In this document: positions 16,364-26,043 of the stretch, piece after piece
Layout of the letters: every line of letters starts with the position of its first letter
Position numbering within the stretch: the first letter of the stretch is position 1
Assembly: GCA_965238305.1 (NCBI GenBank)
Contig: CBDEHK010000001.1
Location: 1,298,391 to 1,362,390 of the forward strand
DNA from: Alphaproteobacteria bacterium
GTDB taxonomy: Bacteria > Pseudomonadota > Alphaproteobacteria > GCA-2731375
Length of the DNA stretch: 64,000 bases
Reading direction: 5' to 3'
Translations under genes and position numbers: made by a program
Notes under the pieces: model-generated
Database searches by the model: none
Told to the model about the DNA's origin: nothing
What the model saw: the letters and a program-made list of their open reading frames with translations, nothing else

Positions 16364-17710
16364 ATGACAAATGTCAGCAATCGAAGCAACATGTTCTCCT
16401 GGCCGATCGACGATGTGCCGATGGTGGATCGCGGTGAAGGCATCTATCTCTATGATCAAAGCGGGAAACGCTATATCGATGCCTCGGCTGGGCCACAGAC
16501 CGCAAATATCGGGCATGGCAATAAACGTGTCGTCGAGGCGATGGCAGCGCAAGCTCAACGTGTGGCGTTTGCTTTTCGCAGTCAATTCCTAAACGAGCCG
16601 GCAGAGGAACTGGCCCGGGAAATAGCCGCGGTCGCACCATTCGATTTGGACAAAGTCTTTTTCTGCTCCGGCGGTTCGGAAGCGGTGGAAGCCTCGATCA
16701 AGCTGGCCCGGCAACATGCCGTTGCCACCGGGCAGGCGGGGCGTTACAAAATTATCAGCCGCATGCCGTCTTATCACGGCACGACGCTAGGCGCCTTGTC
16801 GTTGACCGGTGATCCCCAAGGCTTCGGCCCCTACGCACCGATGATGGTGAAACAACCAAAAATCGACGCGCCGTTCTGCCGTTATCGCCCGGGCCACGAA
16901 AGTGAAGATGACGCGGCCTTGCGCTTTGCCAATCAACTAGAAAAAACAATCATTGAGGAAGGCGCCGAAAATGTCCTGGCTTTTATCATGGAGCCGGTCG
17001 GCGGTGCCGCCACCGGTGCTCTGACGGCGCCGGAAGTCTATTATCATCGGGTGCGGGAGATTTGCGACCAATATGGCCTGCTGCTGATTTTCGATGAAGT
17101 GATGTGCGGTTCCGGTCGTTGCGGACGCTTTCTGGCAGCGGAGATTTGGGATGTGCGCCCCGATATTGTCGCCCTGGCGAAAGGGCTTGCGTCGGGCTAC
17201 ACCCCGCTTGGTGCCTGCCTGACTTCGGATCGGATCATTCAGGCCGTGAATGAAGCCGGTGGTTTCCTGCACGGTCACACCTATATGGCCAATCCGGTGT
17301 CGTGTGCGGTTGGCCGTGCCGTCTTGGCGGAGCATCTTGACCATGACCTCTACGGCAATGCGCGCCGGATGGGCGCGGTGCTGAAGGCTAAGTTATGGCA
17401 AATCGCTGAAGACATCCCCTTCATTGGCGAAGTGAAAGGGGAAGGCTTGTTACTCGGTTTTGACGTTGTTGCGGATAAAAAAACCGGCGCGCCATTGCCA
17501 CCGGAATTGAACGCCTATTCGGAAATATCGAAATTGGCGCGTGAACGTGGTTTGATCATTTATTCTCGCCGTATGTTTGGCGGCCTGCGCGGCGACCAGT
17601 TCCTAGTGTCACCCCCACTTATCGTAACGGAAGCCGAAATTGAGGAAATAACCGATCTGCTAAGATCGACGTTGCAAGATTTTGTCCCTTTCGCGGTGGC
17701 AGCTGAATAA
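16364..17710 (+). CDS. class III (omega) aminotransferase, PLP-dependent
   Basis: 448 aa with the aspartate-aminotransferase-family class-III pattern (…FCSGGSEAVEASIKLARQ…, …LIFDEVMCGSGRCG…). Confidence 0.85.
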   Translation: MTNVSNRSNMFSWPIDDVPMVDRGEGIYLYDQSGKRYIDASAGPQTANIGHGNKRVVEAMAAQAQRVAFAFRSQFLNEPAEELAREIAAVAPFDLDKVFFCSGGSEAVEASIKLARQHAVATGQAGRYKIISRMPSYHGTTLGALSLTGDPQGFGPYAPMMVKQPKIDAPFCRYRPGHESEDDAALRFANQLEKTIIEEGAENVLAFIMEPVGGAATGALTAPEVYYHRVREICDQYGLLLIFDEVMCGSGRCGRFLAAEIWDVRPDIVALAKGLASGYTPLGACLTSDRIIQAVNEAGGFLHGHTYMANPVSCAVGRAVLAEHLDHDLYGNARRMGAVLKAKLWQIAEDIPFIGEVKGEGLLLGFDVVADKKTGAPLPPELNAYSEISKLARERGLIIYSRRMFGGLRGDQFLVSPPLIVTEAEIEEITDLLRSTLQDFVPFAVAAE

Positions 17711-17793
17711 GCTTCGGCTAATTCAAGCGCGGAAATATTCCGATGAAAATGAGAACAGACTCGACAGTCAAGAATTTCTGTATAATGATGATT

Positions 17794-17814
17794 TGGTATA
17801 CCACTGGTATACCA
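17794..17814. promoter_or_regulatory. tandem palindromic GntR-type operator (2x TGGTATACCA), downstream of a TATAAT -10-like box at 17781..17786
   Basis: TGGTATACCA-C-TGGTATACCA. Each 10-mer is a perfect palindrome matching the GntR/FadR consensus t.GT..AC.a. It lies immediately upstream of the GntR gene and of the divergent aminotransferase gene. Confidence 0.5.
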
Positions 17815-17855
17815 ATCTAAATAAAACGTCTTTGATTAGTCAGGCGCGAGGGGAT

Positions 17856-18545
17856 ATGTCGGTAGGGGCGAAAATCGCTGATTTAGGGCGCGATCAGATG
17901 AAAAGACCGTCGAATGAAAATTTGGCGGAACTGGCGCATCAACGTTTACATGACATGATTTTGGCCGGCGAGTTGCAGCGCGAAGCCGTGCTGCAAGAAC
18001 GCAGTCTAGCCACGCTGCTCAATATTTCCAGAACCCCTGTCCGCGAAGCGCTGAACCGATTGGAAGCGCAAGGTCTGATCTCGAAACTGCCTGGTCGTGG
18101 CTACCTGGTTCGCCAAATTAGTGCTGAAGAAGTGATCGAGTTATTGGATGTTCGGGTGCTCTTGGAAACAGAAGCAGCGGTGAAGGCCATCGGTCGAATT
18201 GGCACAAAGTCTTTGTCGAATTGGCGCAAAGCGGTGGAGAAACTGTCGTACCAGAAACAGGTCGAAGTTCGCGATCATTGGGCCGTCGACGATATGCTGC
18301 ATGAAGGCATCGCCCTGGCCAGCGGCAACCGGGTGTTGGCGGAGACCATCGCCGGTTTGCGCCGGCGCACTCATATTTTTGACATAGCGCGTTTGCCGGA
18401 TCGATTGCAACCTGGCTGTGTGGAACATCTGGCAATCATCGACGCCCTTAGTGACGGGGACGAGTTTACCGTTCGCCGGGCCATCGCCCTTCACATTGAA
18501 AATGTAAAAAATGGGATCATTAACAATCTTTCAGGAACAACCTAA
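17856..18545 (+). CDS. GntR family (FadR/FCD-type) transcriptional regulator
   Basis: N-terminal winged HTH (LQERSLATLLNISRTPVREALNRLEAQGLI) and C-terminal FCD-like helical domain. Start taken at ATG 17856. Confidence 0.85.
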   Translation: MSVGAKIADLGRDQMKRPSNENLAELAHQRLHDMILAGELQREAVLQERSLATLLNISRTPVREALNRLEAQGLISKLPGRGYLVRQISAEEVIELLDVRVLLETEAAVKAIGRIGTKSLSNWRKAVEKLSYQKQVEVRDHWAVDDMLHEGIALASGNRVLAETIAGLRRRTHIFDIARLPDRLQPGCVEHLAIIDALSDGDEFTVRRAIALHIENVKNGIINNLSGTT

Positions 18546-19511
18546 ATGAGTGAGCCGACTTCTCTCCTTACCGAAGACGCCAAAGGCGTTTATGTGATCT
18601 GTGCCACGCCATTTACCGAAGACGGTGAAATCGATTACGCTAGCACCGAAAGGCTGATCGACTTTTACGTCGACGAAGGTGTGCATGGCATTACCTTCCT
18701 GGGCGTCATGGGTGAAGCACCAAAGTTAAGTGACAGCGAACAGGCCGCATTTGTTCGTCATGCCTTAACACATCTTGCGGGTCGGATTCCTACGCTAGTT
18801 GGGGTTAGCAATCCGGGTATCGATAATCTGGCGGCGCTGGCCCGAACGTCTATGGCAGCCGGTGCCGCGGGCGTCATGATCGCCGGCATGCCCGGGTTGA
18901 AAACCGACGAACAGGTATATGGATATTTTGCCAAAGTTCTGCATAAACTCGGCTCGGATATCCCGGTTTGTGTACAGGACTATCCGCCGTCGACGACGGT
19001 CTATATGTCGGTGCCGGTGATCAATCGTCTGATCGATGATTTCCCGCAAATCAAAATGTTCAAACATGAAGATTGTCCGGGGCATCGCAAACTGAGCCAA
19101 TTACGCCAGGCGCCGGAAACCGATGGCGTCCGCCGGGTCAGCATCTTGACCGGAAATGGCGGTCTTTATGTGCCGCAGGAAATGGCCCGTGGCGCCGATG
19201 GCATCATGACCGGCTTTGCATTTTCAGGGATGTTGGCGGCCGTGTATGAACTTTATGCAGCCGGGCAGGCGGAGCAGGCGGAAGATCTATACGATCTATA
19301 TTTGCCAGTTCTAAGGCATGAGCAGCAAATCGGTTTTGGCTTGGCGCTACGTAAAGAAACCTTGCGTCGCCGGGGCGTATTGTCGTCGGCAAAAACCCGA
19401 GATCCGGGACCGGCGTTGGATGCACGTGATTTTGCCGAGATGGATCACTTGTTTGCCAGGTTAAAGAGAAAATTGACAGCTGCGGCTCAGACCCTGCCAA
19501 GTGGTCTATAG
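18546..19511 (+). CDS. dihydrodipicolinate synthase / N-acetylneuraminate lyase family (DapA-like) aldolase
   Basis: 321 aa, ...VICATPFTEDGEIDYASTERLIDFYVDEGVHGITFLGVMGEAPKLSDSEQ..., typical of the DHDPS/NAL TIM-barrel family. Confidence 0.75.
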   Translation: MSEPTSLLTEDAKGVYVICATPFTEDGEIDYASTERLIDFYVDEGVHGITFLGVMGEAPKLSDSEQAAFVRHALTHLAGRIPTLVGVSNPGIDNLAALARTSMAAGAAGVMIAGMPGLKTDEQVYGYFAKVLHKLGSDIPVCVQDYPPSTTVYMSVPVINRLIDDFPQIKMFKHEDCPGHRKLSQLRQAPETDGVRRVSILTGNGGLYVPQEMARGADGIMTGFAFSGMLAAVYELYAAGQAEQAEDLYDLYLPVLRHEQQIGFGLALRKETLRRRGVLSSAKTRDPGPALDARDFAEMDHLFARLKRKLTAAAQTLPSGL

Positions 19512-19542
19512 TTGCTAGGTTATTTGTTTCGGGAGCGCATTC

Positions 19543-21189
19543 ATGACCTATCAGTCCGAGCCAGACCTTGTCATTTGGAACGGCAACATCATCACCTTGG
19601 ATGAAGACAGCCGACAAGTATCAGCACTCGCTATTCGCGACGGATGCATTGTTGCCTTAGGCGACGATGCGGCGATGAAGGCGCTCGCCGGTCCGGCCAG
19701 TCGCACTCTCGATCTCGAGGGTCAGACCGTTATTCCCGGTATTGTCGATAGTCATTGTCATCCCGACGGTGCCGCCTCACGGGTGATCAATTGGCACGAT
19801 GTCTCGCCGGCACGGATCCAAAGTCGCGAAGCGTTATTGGCGCACATCAATCATGCGACCCGCGAATTGCCCGCCGACGGCTGGTTCATCGGTTACCGTT
19901 TGAATGAACGAAAATCCGGTGGATATCCGACATTGCCGGAGCTGGACGCGGTCAGCAATGGCAAGCCGTTGTTTATTCTGCGTACCGACGGCCATCTTGG
20001 TCTGGCGAATAGTGCCGCCTTCGCGGCGCTTGGTGTTGATAAAAATACCCCCGATCCGGCTTTCGGTGCTTTTGATCATGACCCGGAAAGTGGTGACCTG
20101 ACCGGCCTCGTGCGGGAGACGGCAGCGCAGATGTTTGTCGACCATGCCCAGGCCAGCGATACGCCGGACAGTCAGGTGGAAGGCTTGAAGATCGTTTTTG
20201 ACGATTATCTGAGCCACGGCATTACCAGCGTTTATAACTCTCTGACCTGCTCTAAAGCGATCAGTGCCTATCAAATGATGAAAGCTGACGGCAGCCTTAA
20301 ACTCCGCGTTGGCATCATCGCCAGCGGGCGCGAAGAAGGCTTGGTGGAAAGTTTGATCCAAAGCGGCGTGCGTTCCGGATTTGGTGATGATTGGGTGCGG
20401 GTGATCGCCGTTGAATGGTGCCCCGATTGCTCGACCAGCGGCCGCACCGCCGCTTATTATGAGCCCTATATCGGTGAAAAAACCTTAGGCGAACCGGACC
20501 ACAATACCGGCATGTTGCTTTATGATCTCGACGACCTAAGCGCCCGGGCGATTGCCGCCCACAAGGCCGGCTTGCTGGTCTGCATCGAAGGGGTTGGTGA
20601 CCGCGGTATTGATTTTGCTCTCGACGCCATCGAAGCTGCCTTGACAGCGCACCCGGTTGAGGACCATCGCATGCGGGTCGAACATTGCTGCTACGTGACG
20701 CCACCGATTTTGGCGCGGATCAAAAAGTTGGGTGTCGTCGATAGTTCCGCCACTGGATTTATGTATGATCTGGGTGATGCCTATGTGGCTAATCGTGGGG
20801 CCGTGGCAATGCAGCATATGTGGCCCCATCGTCGTTTGATCGATGCTGGCATTCCGGCGCCGGGACATTCGGATTCCTATGTCTGCACCCCCAATCCTTT
20901 TGTGGCGATCTGGGCTCTGGTCAATCGGCAAAGCGATAGCGGCGGCTCACTGGATACGCCAGGTGCACTTTCACAGGCGATTACAGCGGAAGAGGCTCTC
21001 CGTGCTTACACCACGCTTGGCGCTTTCGCTGGACGCGAGGAAGATATCAAAGGTTCGCTGGAAGTCGGCAAGTTGGCCGATTTTGCGGTCCTGGACCGAG
21101 ACATTTTGACTATTCCCGAATTGGAGTTACGCGACATCGAAGTGACAATGACCATGGTAGGTGGCAAGGTGATGTATGAGCGACACTAA
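19543..21189 (+). CDS. amidohydrolase family (amidohydrolase-3 type) metal-dependent hydrolase
   Basis: 548 aa with the GIVDSHCHPDG metal-binding His motif near the N-terminus and a long inserted domain typical of the Amidohydro_3 family. Confidence 0.8.
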   Translation: MTYQSEPDLVIWNGNIITLDEDSRQVSALAIRDGCIVALGDDAAMKALAGPASRTLDLEGQTVIPGIVDSHCHPDGAASRVINWHDVSPARIQSREALLAHINHATRELPADGWFIGYRLNERKSGGYPTLPELDAVSNGKPLFILRTDGHLGLANSAAFAALGVDKNTPDPAFGAFDHDPESGDLTGLVRETAAQMFVDHAQASDTPDSQVEGLKIVFDDYLSHGITSVYNSLTCSKAISAYQMMKADGSLKLRVGIIASGREEGLVESLIQSGVRSGFGDDWVRVIAVEWCPDCSTSGRTAAYYEPYIGEKTLGEPDHNTGMLLYDLDDLSARAIAAHKAGLLVCIEGVGDRGIDFALDAIEAALTAHPVEDHRMRVEHCCYVTPPILARIKKLGVVDSSATGFMYDLGDAYVANRGAVAMQHMWPHRRLIDAGIPAPGHSDSYVCTPNPFVAIWALVNRQSDSGGSLDTPGALSQAITAEEALRAYTTLGAFAGREEDIKGSLEVGKLADFAVLDRDILTIPELELRDIEVTMTMVGGKVMYERH

Positions 21190-23260
21190 ACTAGCTATCG
21201 ACATCGGTGGGACCTTTACCGACGTCGCCATAGAGCGGGGAGAGGCCCGATGGACCACAAAAGTCCTGACCACGCCGGCACGCCCGGAAGAAGGCGTCGT
21301 TGCCGGGATCAAAGATGTGCTGGAAAAATCCGGCTTACAAAGCCAAATGGTCAGCCTTCTGATCCACGGCACCACATTGGCGACCAACGCGATTATTGAA
21401 CGCAAGGGCGCGTCGACGGCGCTGATTACCACTGAAGGTTTTCGCGACGTGTTGGAGATCGGTTACGAAAGCCGCTACAACCAGTACGACATCATGATTG
21501 AAAAAGCGGTTCCGCTGGTGCCCCGCTATCTGCGCCTGCCGGTGGCGGAGCGGGTCGATGTGCATGGCAAGGCACTGCTCCCGCTGGATGAAATGACCGT
21601 CCGGGCCCATATTCCTATCTTAGAAGAAGCGGGCGTCGAAAGCATAGCCGTTGGCTTCCTGCACGCTTACGCCAATCCGGTCCACGAACAACGGGCCGGC
21701 GAAATATTGCGCGGGGCCTTGCCAAAAGTTTCCATTTCCCTGTCCAGCGACGTTTGCCCGGAAGTGCGTGAATATGAACGACTGACGACGACCACGGCGA
21801 ACGCCTATGTTCGGCCGTTGATTGAAGGGTATTTGACCCGACTGGAATTAGCGCTGAGTGAGCTCGGCTTCACCTGCCCATTATTGTTGATGACCTCAGG
21901 CGGCGGTCTGACGACCTTGGAAACGGCAAAACGATTGCCGATCCGCTTGGTTGAATCTGGTCCAGCCGGCGGCGCCATTTTGGCCCAGCATATTGCCCGC
22001 CAAGCCGGCTTGGACAAGGTGATTTCTTTCGACATGGGTGGGACGACGGCTAAAATCTGCGTGATCGACGATTATAAACCGCAGAAAAACCGGGAATTCG
22101 AAGTCGACCGACAGGCCCGCTTTATGAAGGGGAGCGGCCTGCCGATGCGCATTCCAGTCATCGAAATGGTCGAAATTGGCGCCGGGGGCGGTTCCATCGC
22201 CCGGGTCGATGGCATGAAAAGGATTACCGTCGGCCCGGACAGTGCCGGTGCAGATCCCGGCCCGGCCGCCTATGGTCATGGTGGGGTTGAAGCAACCGTT
22301 ACGGATGCCGATTTGACTTTAGGTAAGATCAATCCTCAGACTTTCGCGGGTGGCAAAGTATTGCTTGAAACCGACAAAGCGGCGGCAGCGATCGCCAGCA
22401 ATGTCGGGCAGGCGTTGGGTCTGGACGATACCATCGCCGCCTATGGGATCTGCGAAATTGTTGACGAGACGATGTCGAATGCAGCTCGTGTCCATGCGGT
22501 GGAACAGGGCAAAATCGCGTCCGACCATACCCTGATCGCGTTTGGCGGTGCGGCCCCCTTGCATGTCGGTCGGATCGCGGAAAAACTCAGCATCGACCGG
22601 ATTATTGTGCCGGTGAACGCAGGCGTCGGCTCCGCCATCGGTTTTCTTCGCGCGCCGGTCGCTTACGAGGTGGTACGCAGCCGCAATATGCGACTAAAAG
22701 CTTTCGATCCCGATATCGCCAATCAAATCATTTCCGCCATGTTGCAGGAAGCCGAAAAGGTTGTTCGCGCCGGCGCGCCGGAAGAACCACTGGAACGGCG
22801 AATTTCTGCTTTCATGCGCTATTTTGGTCAAGGCCATGAGATTGTTGTGGCGCTGCCGGATCGTCCTTTAACCGACGATGACTGGCAAACCCTGCAAAGC
22901 GCCTTTGACGTTGAATATCAACGGCTTTACCAACGCAGTCTACCCAATGCGGAAATAGAGATTTTAACTTGGGCCGTTACGGTGACGACGCCAGAGCAAG
23001 AAGTGCAGTCGCTGGATATGGTAGCAAGCCAGAAAGCAGCGGCACCGATTGAATTGCGTGAGGTTTTCGATTCCGAAAGCCAAAGTAAAAAATCCGTGCC
23101 AGTTTATTGGCGCGACGATCTGTTGCCTGGAGCTGCGGTTGCAGGGCCGGCGGTGATTGCCGAAGATGAAACCGCGACTTTAGTACCGTCGCGATTTCAC
23201 GCGGCCATAGCCGGCAATGGCAATATAATCATAGAGCGACAGGCGGAGGCGGCGGAATGA
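21176..23260 (+). CDS. hydantoinase/oxoprolinase family protein, A subunit
   Basis: 694 aa. N-terminus MSDTKLAIDIGGTFTDVAIE is the HyuA/oxoprolinase-A signature. Overlaps the neighbours by a few codons (operon). Confidence 0.9.
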   Translation: MSDTKLAIDIGGTFTDVAIERGEARWTTKVLTTPARPEEGVVAGIKDVLEKSGLQSQMVSLLIHGTTLATNAIIERKGASTALITTEGFRDVLEIGYESRYNQYDIMIEKAVPLVPRYLRLPVAERVDVHGKALLPLDEMTVRAHIPILEEAGVESIAVGFLHAYANPVHEQRAGEILRGALPKVSISLSSDVCPEVREYERLTTTTANAYVRPLIEGYLTRLELALSELGFTCPLLLMTSGGGLTTLETAKRLPIRLVESGPAGGAILAQHIARQAGLDKVISFDMGGTTAKICVIDDYKPQKNREFEVDRQARFMKGSGLPMRIPVIEMVEIGAGGGSIARVDGMKRITVGPDSAGADPGPAAYGHGGVEATVTDADLTLGKINPQTFAGGKVLLETDKAAAAIASNVGQALGLDDTIAAYGICEIVDETMSNAARVHAVEQGKIASDHTLIAFGGAAPLHVGRIAEKLSIDRIIVPVNAGVGSAIGFLRAPVAYEVVRSRNMRLKAFDPDIANQIISAMLQEAEKVVRAGAPEEPLERRISAFMRYFGQGHEIVVALPDRPLTDDDWQTLQSAFDVEYQRLYQRSLPNAEIEILTWAVTVTTPEQEVQSLDMVASQKAAAPIELREVFDSESQSKKSVPVYWRDDLLPGAAVAGPAVIAEDETATLVPSRFHAAIAGNGNIIIERQAEAAE

Positions 23261-24909
23261 CCCAATCGATTGATACTATTCGGATGCAGGTGATGTGGAA
23301 CCGCTTAGTTTCCGTTGTCGAAGAGCAGGCGCAAACGCTTTTGCGTACCGCCTTCAGTCCGATTGTACGGGAATGCGGCGATCTTTCTGCCGGGGTCTTT
23401 GATCGTCAAGGCCGGATGTTGGCGCAAGCGGTGACCGGGACACCGGGTCATGTCAATTCGATGGCCGAATCCGTTGGTCACTTCATTCGCCATTTCCCCC
23501 TTGATGAGATGGCGGAAGGCGATACCTACATCACCAACGATCCGTGGATGGGAACCGGCCATTTAAACGATTTTGTCCTAACCACACCCTGTTTTTTGGA
23601 TGGCAAGCTGGTGGCGCTGTTTTCCTGCACTTCGCATATTACCGATATCGGCGGTTTGGGCAGCGGTCCGGATGGTACGGATGTGCATATGGAAGGCATC
23701 TATATACCGATGCTGAAACTGGCGGACCGGGGCAAAATGGACGAAACCCTGCTGGCGATGATCCGGCAAAACACCCGTCAGCGGGTGGAAACGGAAGGCG
23801 ATGTTTATTCCCTAGCCGCCTGCAATGACATTGGCTGCAAACGTCTGGTCGAAATGATGCAGGAATTTAGCCTCAAAGATTTAGACGGCATCTCGGAATA
23901 TATCTGCAATAATTCCCAAGCAGCGGTGTTGGCGGAAATTGCCAAACTGCCAAAAGGAACCTATCGAAATAGCATGACCATCGATGGCTATGACCATGCG
24001 GTTGAATTGGTCGCGGCCTTGACGATCAGCGACGATGGCATCGACGTCGATTTCGATGGCAGTTCGGTGATGTCGCGTTACGGGGTCAATGTGCCGGCGG
24101 CATACACCAAGGCCTATAGTTCCTATGGTCTAAGCTGCGTCATCTCGCCGGAAGTTCCAAACAATGCGGGCTCGCTGTTGCCTTACCGGATTTCCGCCCC
24201 GGAAGGGTCAATTTTAAATGCGCCCTATCCAGCTGCCGTCAGCAGTCGCCACGTGATCGGCCAGATGCTGCCGGACGTGGTCTTTGGCTGTTTGCATCAG
24301 GTCATCCCGGACCGGGTCCCGGCGGAAGGTGCGTCTTGTCTCTGGAACCTGACGTTTCGCGGTGAAACCGATCGCGGCTCCAATGACAGTCAGCTATTTA
24401 CCATCACCGCCGTCTGCAATGGCGGCACCGGTGGGCGCCCGATCAAGGATGGGTTGTCAGGTACCGCCTTCCCAAGCGGCGTCCGTGGGACGCCGGTGGA
24501 AATCAATGAATCTGTTGCGCCGTTGATTTTTCATCGTAAAGAGCTGCGAACAGATTCAGGTGGGGCAGGAGAATTTCGTGGCGGCCTGGGTCAAGTGATC
24601 GAAGTCGAAAGCACAATCGGTGCGGATTTTGAACTGCTGGCGGCCTTCGATCGCATTGATTATGGCGCCCGTGGCCGGGCCGGCGGTGGCGGCGGCGAGC
24701 AAGGCTTCGTCGGAATTCGCGATGGCCGAAAACTGCGCAGCAAAGGCACGCAGGATGTGAAGGCCGGCGAACGGGTGATATTTCATACCCCCGGCGGTGC
24801 TGGTTATGGCGATCCGAAAAAACGTGATTCAAAAGCCGTGGCGGGCGATTTGCGCGATGGGTTGGTAAGTGCGGCCGTCGCGAAGGAAATTTATCTTGCT
24901 GACAGTTGA
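23257..24909 (+). CDS. hydantoinase B/oxoprolinase family protein, B subunit
   Basis: 550 aa directly downstream of the A subunit, overlapping by 4 nt. ...ITNDPWMGTGHLNDFVLTTP... matches HyuB. Confidence 0.9.
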   Translation: MTQSIDTIRMQVMWNRLVSVVEEQAQTLLRTAFSPIVRECGDLSAGVFDRQGRMLAQAVTGTPGHVNSMAESVGHFIRHFPLDEMAEGDTYITNDPWMGTGHLNDFVLTTPCFLDGKLVALFSCTSHITDIGGLGSGPDGTDVHMEGIYIPMLKLADRGKMDETLLAMIRQNTRQRVETEGDVYSLAACNDIGCKRLVEMMQEFSLKDLDGISEYICNNSQAAVLAEIAKLPKGTYRNSMTIDGYDHAVELVAALTISDDGIDVDFDGSSVMSRYGVNVPAAYTKAYSSYGLSCVISPEVPNNAGSLLPYRISAPEGSILNAPYPAAVSSRHVIGQMLPDVVFGCLHQVIPDRVPAEGASCLWNLTFRGETDRGSNDSQLFTITAVCNGGTGGRPIKDGLSGTAFPSGVRGTPVEINESVAPLIFHRKELRTDSGGAGEFRGGLGQVIEVESTIGADFELLAAFDRIDYGARGRAGGGGGEQGFVGIRDGRKLRSKGTQDVKAGERVIFHTPGGAGYGDPKKRDSKAVAGDLRDGLVSAAVAKEIYLADS

Positions 24910-25993
24910 ATTTTCGCGCATTGGCGTTGAAGAGGCTGGCTTCGATGCCCTACGTTTGCGCAATGCGGTTGATTTTTTCGAAGCTAACGAAACGCCTTGG
25001 CCTCGTGATTTGGGGGACGCGAAGATCATCCCAGGTCTCAATGAAAGCGAACCGGCGCCATGGAATGAAATCATCGGCCCGTTGAAAAACCGAATGGGAC
25101 CGAGCGGAATAGTATTGCGAAGTGGCAAGCAGGTTGCCTCCTGGGGTGATCTGGAAAGCCCTGAAATGACATTTTCCGTCGCGAAAAGTTACCTTGCTGT
25201 TTTGGCTGGACTGGCCGTCGGTGACGGTCTCATTCCCAGTTTGGACGACCGCGTATGCGCGCAGCTGGATATTGATGAATTTACCTCCGAGCACAATAAA
25301 CAGATCACCTGGCGCCATTTACTGACCCAAAGCAGCGAATGGCAGGGCACGCTGTTCGGCAAACCGGATATCGTTGATCACAACCGCACGGTTGGTGACG
25401 GCGATAGCGAAGCAAAAAAAGGCGAAGAACGCGCCCTGCAAAAACCCGGCAGTTTTTATGAATATAACGATGTGCGCGTGAATGTCCTGTCGCTGGCGTT
25501 GTTACATCTATTCAGTCGACCACTGCCGGAGGTGTTGAAGCAACGCATTATGGATCCAATCGGCGCCAGCGATACCTGGCAATGGCATCCCTACCGAAAT
25601 GCCGAAGTCATCGTGAAGGGGACACCAATGATGTCGGTGCCGGGCGGCACCCATTGGGGCGGCGGAATCTGGATATCAACCTTGGATCACGCCCGCTTCG
25701 CGCGCCTGATCGCACAGGATGGCATCCATGACGGCACCCGGTTGCTGCCGACAGGTTGGGTGCAAGAAATGTGGAGCCCGAGCGCGACGAAGCCAGATTA
25801 TGGTTTGTTTTGGTGGCTGAACACGGCTGGCGTCGGTTTCCCGGGCTTGCCGGAAACCAGCGTCATGGCGGTCGGCGCCGGCAGCAATATTATTTGGATC
25901 GAACCTAGTTTGGATTTGCTGGTGGTGGCGCGTTGGATCGATGCAGATGCCCGTAACGAGGCCTGTCAACTCATCCTAGCCGCCGTGAAATAG
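24869..25993 (+). CDS. serine hydrolase (beta-lactamase / esterase family)
   Basis: SVAKSYLAVLAGLAV contains the S-x-x-K nucleophile motif. Roughly 360 aa. The true start is probably a few codons downstream of the ORF-track start, near 24898. Confidence 0.65.
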   Translation: MRPSRRKFILLTVEFSRIGVEEAGFDALRLRNAVDFFEANETPWPRDLGDAKIIPGLNESEPAPWNEIIGPLKNRMGPSGIVLRSGKQVASWGDLESPEMTFSVAKSYLAVLAGLAVGDGLIPSLDDRVCAQLDIDEFTSEHNKQITWRHLLTQSSEWQGTLFGKPDIVDHNRTVGDGDSEAKKGEERALQKPGSFYEYNDVRVNVLSLALLHLFSRPLPEVLKQRIMDPIGASDTWQWHPYRNAEVIVKGTPMMSVPGGTHWGGGIWISTLDHARFARLIAQDGIHDGTRLLPTGWVQEMWSPSATKPDYGLFWWLNTAGVGFPGLPETSVMAVGAGSNIIWIEPSLDLLVVARWIDADARNEACQLILAAVK

Positions 25994-26043
25994 GCGTTCA
26001 AAATTCACAAAGGGATCCAGGCGAAACGGGCAAGCTGAGGAAA

